DNA from: a virus
Lineage: Duplodnaviria > Caudoviricetes
Strand: one strand, 5' to 3'
Virus record (IMG/VR): IMGVR_UViG_3300037851_000141
Span: 96,001-160,000 of that record
Length of the DNA stretch: 64,000 nt
Shown piece after piece: positions 17,356-26,438 of the stretch (the first letter of the stretch is position 1; each line of letters opens with the position of its first letter). The notes below the pieces were generated by a model. That model saw only the letters and a list, made by a program, of their open reading frames with translations, was not told the DNA's origin and made no database searches. A program made the position numbers and the translations under genes.

Positions 17356-18495
17356 TCCCAATTCTTTTAACATTTGTATAGTATGTTTAGCTGATGTATG
17401 AAGGATACCTGTTCCACCAGCTTGAATCCATTTGTTTATTTTTTCTGGAGTATCATCAATAAGAATATCATTTGGTCCACGAACATATCTATACTTATCT
17501 GGATTTAGGATTATTTTAGAAACTCCATCCCAACCATTTTTACATTTAGTTTGTAATCTGTTATTAGCCAATTCTGGAAGATTTTTTTCAATCCATTTCA
17601 TTTTACCAGAAACAGATTTAGGATCTCTTGATGGAGCGGATAATATAGTAGGATTTTGATTTTTTATATAATCCCATAGTTCTTTACCATCAGGCATCCA
17701 AGGCATTTCAGACCAGAATTCTTCACCAAAAGATTCCATTTTCTTCCAAAAAGCGTCTTTACCATATTTTTCTTGATATTCTTTAGGTCCAAGATTCTCA
17801 CCACTTAAATTTCTAAAATGGGATTCCAAATCACATAAACAGCCATCTAAATCTTGAAAAATTTGATATTTAGTTTCATTTTCCAATAAGGTACTAAACA
17901 CTTGTGATAATCTGTTTCCGTTATTTTCTTTCATGACCTTAAATACTTTCTTAGCTGTTGGACCTACGGAAATACCACCCCAGCGTCCATCGTTTACGTG
18001 TCCTAAATTATAACCGGCCAGTGTAGCTTTTTCCCAATTATTCTTTTTCTTTTCTTTAAGTGTATAAGGATTTTGATTGTTCTGATTATAAAATTGTGGT
18101 GGGTCAAATACTTTAGTTTGTTTGAACCAATTTTTTATAATTTTCATAGCATCATTAGAAACTCGTCCTTCAGATCCCAATATAAGTTTATGATTGCCGG
18201 GTTTATTGCCATTTGGTGCTGGTATATTATCTGCGTTGTCTTTAACTTTTATTATTCCTGCTATACGTAGATTCTTATTTGTTGGATCTGAATCTGGTGC
18301 GACTATGAAATCCCATCCCATATTATCTGCTGGATTTATATATTCTGGAATTTCGCCATAGTCAAAAGGTATAGGTTCTTCGACCCCCCATTTTTGTTTA
18401 GTGTTTCTTTTTTCTTCTACTCTTATTCTTGGTAATGATTTTTGGAGAATGTCAACTATTTGTTCCAATGAGACAACTTGTTTGATTCCGGTCAT
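17350..18495 (-). CDS. Fusion of an inorganic-pyrophosphatase-like domain and a HAD 5'(3')-deoxyribonucleotidase (NT5C-like)
   Basis: N-terminal PIPFDYGEIPEYINPADNMGWD. C-terminal DLDGCLCD, ILSAP, GKMKWI, ILIDD, KWIQAGGTGILH. Confidence 0.75.
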   Translation of the reverse strand: MTGIKQVVSLEQIVDILQKSLPRIRVEEKRNTKQKWGVEEPIPFDYGEIPEYINPADNMGWDFIVAPDSDPTNKNLRIAGIIKVKDNADNIPAPNGNKPGNHKLILGSEGRVSNDAMKIIKNWFKQTKVFDPPQFYNQNNQNPYTLKEKKKNNWEKATLAGYNLGHVNDGRWGGISVGPTAKKVFKVMKENNGNRLSQVFSTLLENETKYQIFQDLDGCLCDLESHFRNLSGENLGPKEYQEKYGKDAFWKKMESFGEEFWSEMPWMPDGKELWDYIKNQNPTILSAPSRDPKSVSGKMKWIEKNLPELANNRLQTKCKNGWDGVSKIILNPDKYRYVRGPNDILIDDTPEKINKWIQAGGTGILHTSAKHTIQMLKELGL

Positions 18496-18497
18496 AA

Positions 18498-18530
18498 TAT
18501 AAATACCTTTAGTTGTATAATGTATTTATA
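18498..18530. promoter_or_regulatory. Two opposing late promoters (+ 18498-18505; - 18523-18530)
   Basis: Both exact TATAAATA; each lies upstream of one of the divergent genes. Confidence 0.7.
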
Positions 18531-18551
18531 AGTTTACTGAAGGAATAAATA

Positions 18552-19277
18552 ATGTCAATAAATAAGCAGATAAAAATCATATTAAGTAGAAACGAAACTA
18601 TATTAAACGAGAGAACCGGCGATAAACAACAGAGAGTAGAAGCTGAAAAATTGTTGAGTTTGATAAAAAAATATCTTAATCAAAAATCATATAAAGTACA
18701 AAAATATAACAATAAGAATTCTACAGTTAAGATTCCGCTTAATGATATTGGTTTGAATCTTGATTTAGCTTTTTCTTATAAACCAAACAATCCAGAATAT
18801 GCTGCTTTTGGAATAAGTGATACAACAGGAAATAAGGTTATAGAAATAAATGTTGGATGTGTTGATAATCCTGGTCTAAAAAAGTTATTTGATTTAGGTT
18901 TATACGAAGATATTGTTATTGATGGTTCTTTATCATTAACACACGAACTTATACATTATTTAGACTCAATAAGAACCGCAGATGGATATAGACTTGGTAA
19001 AAAGACTGATTACTACAATAGTCCATCTGAATTTAATGCGTTTTATCAGGAAGTTGCCAGCAAGTATGACGGGATAATAGAAAATATAAAGAAATCGGAA
19101 CAAACTAAAGAAAAAAGGATTCATAGATTTTATAAAGATGTTGCTGAGTCTCCGAATGAGTTGATACGAAAAATATTTGACGATAATCCTTTTTACAATA
19201 ACTATAATAAAGAATATAAGTTTAAGTTGATAAAAAGAATCTATCAGTTGTTCTATGAACTTATATCTGAACTATAG
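18552..19277 (+). CDS. HExxH protein, paralog 4
   Basis: LTHELIHYLD, DYYNSPSEFNAFYQEVA, KRIYQLFYEL. Confidence 0.8.
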   Translation: MSINKQIKIILSRNETILNERTGDKQQRVEAEKLLSLIKKYLNQKSYKVQKYNNKNSTVKIPLNDIGLNLDLAFSYKPNNPEYAAFGISDTTGNKVIEINVGCVDNPGLKKLFDLGLYEDIVIDGSLSLTHELIHYLDSIRTADGYRLGKKTDYYNSPSEFNAFYQEVASKYDGIIENIKKSEQTKEKRIHRFYKDVAESPNELIRKIFDDNPFYNNYNKEYKFKLIKRIYQLFYELISEL

Positions 19278-19430
19278 TATTTATATATTTTATTCCGCAA
19301 GAAGAAAATGCTTGAACTTGATGTTGTATGTTGTATAATTGAAGCATCTTACAACACAATAAGAAATCATTAAGAAAAAGTTTAGGTTGGTAGAATAAAT
19401 ATACCTCACCAATAGAAAAAGGAAGTCAGT

Positions 19431-21674
19431 ATGTCAATTAAAGCTTTACAAGAATATACTCGTTATGCTAAGTATGCCAAATATCTCCCAGAAAAAAAGA
19501 GAAGAGAAACTTGGGAAGAACAGATTAATAGAGTATTTGACATGCACGAACAACATCTTGGAAAAAAAATAAATGAGATTCGTGATGATTTTAACTTCGC
19601 AAAAGAAATGGTATTAAAACGAAGAGTATTAGGTTCTCAAAGAGCATTACAATTTGGTGGTAAAGCTATATTGGATAAGAATGCCAGACTTTACAACTGT
19701 TCATCATCTTATATTGATAGACCTCGCGCATTTCAAGAATCATTATATCTGTTGCTATGTGGTGTTGGTGTTGGATTTAGTGTCCAATATCACCACGTAA
19801 ATAAACTCCCAAATATAAAAAAGAGAACAACTAAAGAAAAAACATTTATAATACCAGATACTATTGAGGGTTGGGCTGATGCTTTAGGTATATTAGTATC
19901 AAGTTATTTTGAGACTTGTGATTTATTTACAGAATACAATGGTAAAAAAGTTATATTTGATTATTCATCAATTAGACCGAAGGGAGCTAAGTTAAGTTGG
20001 GGTGGTAAGGCTCCAGGTCCATTAGGGTTAAAAACTTCATTAGAAAAGATTGAGCAGTTATTTGATCGTTGCTTAACTGAATCAAAAAATAAACTTGAAA
20101 CTATAGATGTATATGATATTCTCATGCACGCCTCCGATGCGGTGTTATCTGGCGGTGTTCGTAGATCAGCAACTATTTGTATTTTCTCTCCTAATGATGA
20201 AAAAATGGCTAAAGCTAAAATAGGGGATTGGTTCAAAACAAACCCTCAACGTGGAAGATCAAATAACTCTGCTTTACTGATAAGAAACGAAACAACCAAA
20301 GAACAATTTTCTGAAATAATGAAAAGTGTAAAGGATTTTGGAGAGCCTGGATTTGTTTGGGCAGATGATAAGGAAATTCTATTCAACCCATGTGTAGAAG
20401 TGGGTATGTATGCTAAAGACGAAAATGGCAATAGTGGTTGGGAATTCTGTAATCTTTGCGAGATAAATGTTAAGAAATGTAAAGATGAGAATGATTTTTA
20501 TGATGCTTGTCGTGCTGCTTCTATTTTAGGTACAATTCAAGCATCTTATTCATCATTCCCTTATCTTGGTGAAATAACCGAAAGAATAGTCAAAAAAGAG
20601 GCATTACTTGGTGTATCTATGACTGGCGTTATGGATAAACCAGAAATAGCATTAAATGAAAAGATACAAAAAAATGGAGCAAATACAGTAAGGAAGATAA
20701 ATAAAGAAATAGCAAACAAGATTGGTATTAATCAAGCCGCAAGAACTACCTGTTTGAAGCCAGCCGGTTCAACTTCATGCTTATTGGGAACATCGTCCGG
20801 TATTCACCCTGGCCATGCGAAGAGATACTTACGTAGAGTTCAAGCAAATAAGATTGAATATCCAGTTAATTATTTTAAGATGTTTAATCCATTAGCTGTA
20901 GAAGAATCAGTCTGGTCAACCAATAAGACAGATTTGGTTATTACGTTTGTTTGCGAAGTTCCAGACGGCGCTATTGTTAAGAATATGGTTAGTGCTATTG
21001 ATTTATTGAAAAACGTAAAATTGACTCAGCAAAATTGGGTTGAATATGGAACAAATGAAAGTTTAAGTTCTTTACCATCACTTCGTCATAATGTTTCTAA
21101 TACAATAACTGTTAAACCTGATGAATGGGAAGAAGTAACAGAGTTTATATACGCGAACAGGTCATCATTTGCCGGAATTTCATTATTACCATCATCTGGA
21201 GATTTAGATTATCCTCAAGCTCCATTTACAACCATTCATACTCCAGCCGAAATTGTTAAAATGTATGGAGATGGTTCACTTATGGCATCTGGACTTATTG
21301 TTGATGGATTAAGAGTGTTTGATAATAACTTATGGTTAGCTTGTGATACCGTTCTTGGAATTGGAGATGTGTTGGAATTGACAGATGAACAGAAAAAACT
21401 AAAAAATGGACAATTAAAGAAGATTGTTGACATGCTGGAACAAAAAGATGATTGGGTTCGTCGTGCTAAACAGTTTGCTACTCGTTATTTTGAAGGTGAT
21501 ATTAAAAAAATGACACATTGTCTTAAAGAAGTTCATAATTGGAAATACTTCTGTGATCTAAAGCGGGAATACATGGATGTGGATTGGTCCTTGGCAGTAG
21601 AAGATGAATATAATATAGATACCACTAAACTTGCTGGTGAAGCTTGTTCCGGTGGCCAATGTGAAATGAAATAG
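19431..21674 (+). CDS. nrdJ: Class II (adenosylcobalamin-dependent) monomeric ribonucleotide reductase
   Basis: LYNCS, SGGVRRSA, NPCVE, CNLCEIN, TCLKPAGSTS, HNVSNTI; C-terminal CSGGQC. No small subunit gene adjacent. Confidence 0.9.
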   Translation: MSIKALQEYTRYAKYAKYLPEKKRRETWEEQINRVFDMHEQHLGKKINEIRDDFNFAKEMVLKRRVLGSQRALQFGGKAILDKNARLYNCSSSYIDRPRAFQESLYLLLCGVGVGFSVQYHHVNKLPNIKKRTTKEKTFIIPDTIEGWADALGILVSSYFETCDLFTEYNGKKVIFDYSSIRPKGAKLSWGGKAPGPLGLKTSLEKIEQLFDRCLTESKNKLETIDVYDILMHASDAVLSGGVRRSATICIFSPNDEKMAKAKIGDWFKTNPQRGRSNNSALLIRNETTKEQFSEIMKSVKDFGEPGFVWADDKEILFNPCVEVGMYAKDENGNSGWEFCNLCEINVKKCKDENDFYDACRAASILGTIQASYSSFPYLGEITERIVKKEALLGVSMTGVMDKPEIALNEKIQKNGANTVRKINKEIANKIGINQAARTTCLKPAGSTSCLLGTSSGIHPGHAKRYLRRVQANKIEYPVNYFKMFNPLAVEESVWSTNKTDLVITFVCEVPDGAIVKNMVSAIDLLKNVKLTQQNWVEYGTNESLSSLPSLRHNVSNTITVKPDEWEEVTEFIYANRSSFAGISLLPSSGDLDYPQAPFTTIHTPAEIVKMYGDGSLMASGLIVDGLRVFDNNLWLACDTVLGIGDVLELTDEQKKLKNGQLKKIVDMLEQKDDWVRRAKQFATRYFEGDIKKMTHCLKEVHNWKYFCDLKREYMDVDWSLAVEDEYNIDTTKLAGEACSGGQCEMK

Positions 21675-21675
21675 A

Positions 21676-21683
21676 TATAAATA
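21676..21683 (+). promoter_or_regulatory. Late promoter (patatin)
   Basis: Exact match 20 nt upstream of the ATG. Confidence 0.7.
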
Positions 21684-21702
21684 GAATAAAAAGGAATAAC
21701 AT

Positions 21703-22569
21703 ATGAAAATACTCGCTCTCTCTGGTGGTGGTACTTCTGGTTATAGAACCGCCCAATTTCTCCATTTATTAGAACAATATACTAATACACCATGTTGGAC
21801 GATGTTTGATATGGTTGTTGGTTTATCTGCCGGATCTATAAATGCTGGAATGATAGCCAAAAAAACACCAGCAAAATATGTAGCAGACCAGTTTAGAATT
21901 TTCTGTCCTAAAATGTTTGGGAATCCGAGAAATATATTTAGTAGATTATTTTGGAAATCACAGTTTGATAATGCCGAGTTAATACGACTAACGCGAGAAA
22001 ATATGGACTTTGATGTTTCTGAAAGTGCTGTTAAGACTATGATTTATGCTCTGGCGATTTCTGGTACTGATACTATTAAGCCTAAACACTGGAAGTCTTG
22101 GACTGATTCAGGTGTAAAAATGTATGATATTGTAATGGCAAGTTCGTCAGCCCCATCTATGTTTCCTCCATATGATATAACCATAAATAATCAAACTATA
22201 ACATATACAGATGGTGGTTTAATCAGCAATAATCCATCAATGGCGGCATTAACAGAGGCAATAAAACTAAAGACTGATATAAAGGATATACATATAATAA
22301 ATGTTGGTAATGGTAGTATGCCTTCAATTCAACATGGTAAATTTACTTCTTTGTTTGATGTTGCTACTAAATTAGGTAATGTATGTATTCCAGCAGCAGA
22401 AGCATCAACTGAATATCAATGTAATCAAATAATAGGTAATAACTTGCTTGTAGTTCGTCCACCAAAGTATATTCCATCAACTAAATTAGCGTTTGATGAA
22501 ATGGATGAACAAGCCAAGATGATGTGGGATCTTTATAAGCCTGCTGTTATGGATGTTTTAGCCAAATAA
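21703..22569 (+). CDS. Patatin-like phospholipase
   Basis: LSGGGTSG, GLSAG (GxSxG), SSSAP and DGGLISNNP. Confidence 0.9.
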   Translation: MKILALSGGGTSGYRTAQFLHLLEQYTNTPCWTMFDMVVGLSAGSINAGMIAKKTPAKYVADQFRIFCPKMFGNPRNIFSRLFWKSQFDNAELIRLTRENMDFDVSESAVKTMIYALAISGTDTIKPKHWKSWTDSGVKMYDIVMASSSAPSMFPPYDITINNQTITYTDGGLISNNPSMAALTEAIKLKTDIKDIHIINVGNGSMPSIQHGKFTSLFDVATKLGNVCIPAAEASTEYQCNQIIGNNLLVVRPPKYIPSTKLAFDEMDEQAKMMWDLYKPAVMDVLAK

Positions 22570-23274
22570 TTACATTTCGTAGAGTTTAACGTTATCTGCT
22601 TGCTGGGTAAACTTTTTAATAAGTTGCCCAGCAATTGCGTTAGCAGAGTCTTCAATTTCTCCACCAATGTTCTGTACTGGCCCTTTTATTTGATTTGTTA
22701 TATTTTGATTATGGTGTACAAGTTCATGTGCCAACGATCTACAAATATCAGCTAAAGCTCTGTTTTTACCATATACTGTTACTTTTTTGGTTTCAGGACT
22801 ATATGAAGCTGTTGTCATATTGCCATTTCGTACTGATGTTATATGTATTTCAGGTATATCATTCCATTCAAAATGTTGAGCTATAAAAGATAAGAAGTTT
22901 CTGAACATATCTTTTTTATCATCATCAAAGTTAAGGTCAGAATCAATCTTTACTGCGGTATTCATCATTTCTTCTTGAATTACTCTTTCAGGTCGATTCA
23001 TAGTAATCCAACCGAGAGTGTCTTCTTTTATTAATCTTTTTTCTAATTTATTGCCAGTAAATACGTCAATCCATATATGTTTATTTTTTATGATTAAACT
23101 GTTCGCGTCTTTTAGGCAGTTTGATTCACACAAATATTCCCCAAGTGTTTTATTACCCAATGTTCTTATTTGATATTTTACTTGTGTTTTTTCTGGAATC
23201 TCTGAATTTTGTATTTCTTCTGATAAGAATTGAGCGAATCTCTTTTTATAATCTATTTGTTCTGGAATTTTCAT
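22570..23274 (-). CDS. HExxH metallopeptidase-like protein, unrelated to the 4-paralog family; possible head internal protein
   Basis: RSLAHELVHHNQ ... EIEDSANAIAG. N-terminal KRFAQFLSEE motif. Under the late promoter at 23545. Confidence 0.7.
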   Translation of the reverse strand: MKIPEQIDYKKRFAQFLSEEIQNSEIPEKTQVKYQIRTLGNKTLGEYLCESNCLKDANSLIIKNKHIWIDVFTGNKLEKRLIKEDTLGWITMNRPERVIQEEMMNTAVKIDSDLNFDDDKKDMFRNFLSFIAQHFEWNDIPEIHITSVRNGNMTTASYSPETKKVTVYGKNRALADICRSLAHELVHHNQNITNQIKGPVQNIGGEIEDSANAIAGQLIKKFTQQADNVKLYEM

Positions 23275-23528
23275 TCTCCACCACCTTCTCCAGCAGCACC
23301 ATCAGCAGAATCATTGCCGGCATCACTAAACATTTGTCCGAATAAATATCCACCCCAACCTCTTTTTGTTTTATGTATTTTCTTTTTCTTTTTACCTTCT
23401 TCTAATTCTTGTTCCGTAAAGTCTGGTTTATGTAAGTCTTGTGCCTGTTTGACTTTAGAATCATGTATTTCGTCTTCTGATTGAAATATTTCTTTGATTT
23501 TTAGTTTCAGCTTATCGTTGGGTTTCAT
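23271..23528 (-). CDS. Small hypothetical protein
   Basis: 85 aa with a basic KKKKK patch and a Gly/acidic tail. Late promoter 17 nt upstream. Confidence 0.65.
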   Translation of the reverse strand: MKPNDKLKLKIKEIFQSEDEIHDSKVKQAQDLHKPDFTEQELEEGKKKKKIHKTKRGWGGYLFGQMFSDAGNDSADGAAGEGGGE

Positions 23529-23544
23529 AGATTTACCTCATCGT

Positions 23545-23552
23545 TATTTATA
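23545..23552 (-). promoter_or_regulatory. Late promoter (23528 and 23274 genes)
   Basis: Exact match 17 nt upstream of the ATG. Confidence 0.7.
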
Positions 23553-23559
23553 CGTTTTA

Positions 23560-25335
23560 TTAATCTATTATTTTGGTAAATCCATTTTCTTTTTTGACTT
23601 TAACTATTTTATCAAAGTCATCGTAGCTTATTTCGGATTTATGAGTAATTATATAGGTACACATATTAGGATATTCTCGTTTGAAGTCTATTTTTAGGTA
23701 TTCCATAAGATGATTGATTCCATTAGCGCACATAGAAGAGTCAAGAACTTCATCAAGAATAAGAACATTACAATCAACTGAATTTCTCATGCGTGATATA
23801 TCCAGAATAGTAAATAACCAAGCAACATCTATTCTCTTTTGTTCGCCAGCAGAGAAGTTTTCATATACCATTTCATCTCTGTGTTTTGATTTAAGTGTTT
23901 CATTCAGTTCGCCATCAAATTTAATAGTATAAGTTGCTCTCATCGTAGCCAAGTGTTTATTCATTTTTTGATTTAGGTGAGGTAATATCTTTTTAATCGT
24001 AAAGTTTTTAATACCTTTATCACCTAATATATCTCTCATAGTTTCGCACATGATAAACTTTTTACGAGCGACGTTGTATGATTCTTTACGAAGTTCTATA
24101 TTGGCTTTATCTTTTAGTAATGATTCTTTTGATATTACGTTATTTGCTGAGAATGTTGATTGTTCGGTTTCTTTTAGGCTTTGTTGGAGGTTATGTATTT
24201 CAGTTTCTTTTCGGTGTATATTATTGTTTAAGGTGTTTATTAAGGATTCTGATGATTCTATTTTCTGTAATTTCTGAGTTATTTCTGACAGTTTGGTATT
24301 ACATTCAACGAGTTTAGCTTCGTATTTATTGATAGAATCTTGGAGTGTTGATATTTCGGTTTTTATTTCTGATATATGTGATTGTACGTGTTCGCTTGTA
24401 GTAGGTGTTCCGCATTCTTTACAGATAGGATTGCGTTCTATATTTGTTATTTTTCTTTCTTTTTGTTGAACGTCGGATTTAGCTGATGAAATTTTGGATC
24501 TTATGTTGGATTGTATTTCTAAGAGTTTATATTTAGCTTCGGTTATTTTAGTTTTAGTTTCTTTATTTATTTCTGGAGGAAGTTTAGATGATAAATCTGA
24601 GAGTTCAGTTTCTTTGGATTGTATTTTTATTTTTAAGTCTTCGATTTTTTGTTGTTTAGTTTGTTCAAAGGTCTTTTGTAGTTCTTGTATTTTTTTATAA
24701 GTTTCTATTTTATCTTTATATGCTTTTATGGATGTTTGTATTTCAGTCTCAAAGTTTCTTATTTCGGATTTTAATTCGTTGTATTCTTTTTTCGTCTTCT
24801 CATACATTCTACCGTAAATAGAGAGATTCATGATTTGTTCAAGGAATTCTCTTTTTTCTGCCTTCTCCATTCTAAAAAAAGGTTTGGAGTAGTTGATATT
24901 AAGTGTTATGAGATTGATGAAACTTTTATAACTTAATCCTAAAAGATTGTTGATATCGTCTTGAGTTGATTTTTTAGATGCTTTTTCTTTTTCTTTATCT
25001 TCGCTCTCGTTTATAAGATGTAGATAATCAGGTTTAATGCCTCTTTCTATTCTATAAACGGTATCTTTGATGCGAAAACGAACAGTTACTTGACATTCTC
25101 GTTCATTTATGGCATTGATAATTTGGTCTTTATTTAGTTTTCTTATTGTCTTGCCATATAAAGCGAAACAAAGAACTTCTGCTCCTATTGATGATTTACC
25201 GCTTCCATTACTGGTACTATGCCCTATAACTTGACCAGTGATTGCGTTAAGTCCGCGAGAGTATTCTAATTTAACAGCCTGAGAACCTATTGATAGAAAA
25301 TTCTTAGCTGAAACGTCAATAAATTCAAGTTTCAT
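23560..25335 (-). CDS. gp46: Recombination endonuclease ATPase subunit (gp46 / Rad50 / SbcC)
   Basis: KNFLSIG, NGSGKSS, zinc hook CKEC, FSAGEQKRID, LILDEVLDSS. Confidence 0.95.
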   Translation of the reverse strand: MKLEFIDVSAKNFLSIGSQAVKLEYSRGLNAITGQVIGHSTSNGSGKSSIGAEVLCFALYGKTIRKLNKDQIINAINERECQVTVRFRIKDTVYRIERGIKPDYLHLINESEDKEKEKASKKSTQDDINNLLGLSYKSFINLITLNINYSKPFFRMEKAEKREFLEQIMNLSIYGRMYEKTKKEYNELKSEIRNFETEIQTSIKAYKDKIETYKKIQELQKTFEQTKQQKIEDLKIKIQSKETELSDLSSKLPPEINKETKTKITEAKYKLLEIQSNIRSKISSAKSDVQQKERKITNIERNPICKECGTPTTSEHVQSHISEIKTEISTLQDSINKYEAKLVECNTKLSEITQKLQKIESSESLINTLNNNIHRKETEIHNLQQSLKETEQSTFSANNVISKESLLKDKANIELRKESYNVARKKFIMCETMRDILGDKGIKNFTIKKILPHLNQKMNKHLATMRATYTIKFDGELNETLKSKHRDEMVYENFSAGEQKRIDVAWLFTILDISRMRNSVDCNVLILDEVLDSSMCANGINHLMEYLKIDFKREYPNMCTYIITHKSEISYDDFDKIVKVKKENGFTKIID

Positions 25336-26399
25336 TCTTCAGTCTCCTTCAAGCATTCTTCATATAAACTGTTCGCGTAAAGTTTCAATTCATCTTTAGA
25401 TACTTTTAGGTCTGGTTGTTGATCTACATACTCACACATAATAGACAGTTCGTTGCCTTCAAATTCGCTAAGTTCTATATTCTCATTATCAAGTTCTACA
25501 CCTTCGACTTCATCTATTGTTGAATATTCTAATGGTTTTTGAGATTCTATTAATGTTAGTAAATCAAGTCGTTTATTATCATCAATTGGTGTATCTATGA
25601 ATAACTTAATCCAATTATTATGTATATTTTTTATGAGTTCTTTATCTTTTGTCAATTCCGATAGTTTAAGTTTTATATGTTTTGGACTCCAGGTATTTTC
25701 TATAAACTTAACAGAGTCATCGGAAGAATCAAAAATATAAACACCTTTTTTATCTCCACATTCTCCCCAAGTCAACTCATAAGGGCTTCCGCAATATTGG
25801 ACGTTTTCTTTTCTCTGACCGTTATGAAAATGCCCAGAGAATACCTTTTTATAATTCTTGAAACTATCTATCTTAAGTCCGAAATCGCACGTAACACCTT
25901 CAATCACATCAAACGTGTTAACTTCAAAATGTCCTAAACATAAATCATAAATTTTTATTCCCTCGGCTATCTCATTAAATCTCTTAAGTTCATCACTTTC
26001 AGGACATAACCAAGGGAAGGCTATAACAGATTTATTCCCTATTTTATATTCTGATACAGTTTTGATTATTTCAATTCTCTCATTATAATCAATAAACATA
26101 TTTAATGATGAAATTTGTAAACTATTTTTATAGAATATGTCATGGTTGCCCGCTATTATCTTTATTTGTAGATTTGGTACACTCAGCAATATATCTAAAA
26201 TGTTATAAGCTTTTTGTTTGCCGTATATATGTAAGTGTTGTCTATCATCAAACAAATCACCAAGAATCCATAGTACATCGATATTTTCAGATATACATAT
26301 GTTTTTTATTTCCTGGAAGAACTTGAGAATGATATCGTAGAAAAGTTGGGATTCTTTTCTTGCTCCAATATGTATGTCGCCAGTGAGTAGATATTTCAT
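25332..26399 (-). CDS. gp47: Recombination endonuclease nuclease subunit (gp47 / Mre11 / SbcD)
   Basis: GDIHIG, LGDLFD, AGNHD, GHFE, SGHFH, YCGSPY. Confidence 0.95.
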   Translation of the reverse strand: MKYLLTGDIHIGARKESQLFYDIILKFFQEIKNICISENIDVLWILGDLFDDRQHLHIYGKQKAYNILDILLSVPNLQIKIIAGNHDIFYKNSLQISSLNMFIDYNERIEIIKTVSEYKIGNKSVIAFPWLCPESDELKRFNEIAEGIKIYDLCLGHFEVNTFDVIEGVTCDFGLKIDSFKNYKKVFSGHFHNGQRKENVQYCGSPYELTWGECGDKKGVYIFDSSDDSVKFIENTWSPKHIKLKLSELTKDKELIKNIHNNWIKLFIDTPIDDNKRLDLLTLIESQKPLEYSTIDEVEGVELDNENIELSEFEGNELSIMCEYVDQQPDLKVSKDELKLYANSLYEECLKETEE

Positions 26400-26438
26400 C
26401 CATCCATTATAGCTATTTACATATCAAAATCAAGAAAA

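Noticed and set aside
19290-19430. NrdR box or cobalamin riboswitch upstream of nrdJ
   Set aside because: Only short stems (TGTTGTA/TACAACA, TTGGT/ACCAA); no match to either consensus that I can support.
21703-22569. Patatin as part of a CBASS system
   Set aside because: No CD-NTase or Cap2/3 genes are adjacent.
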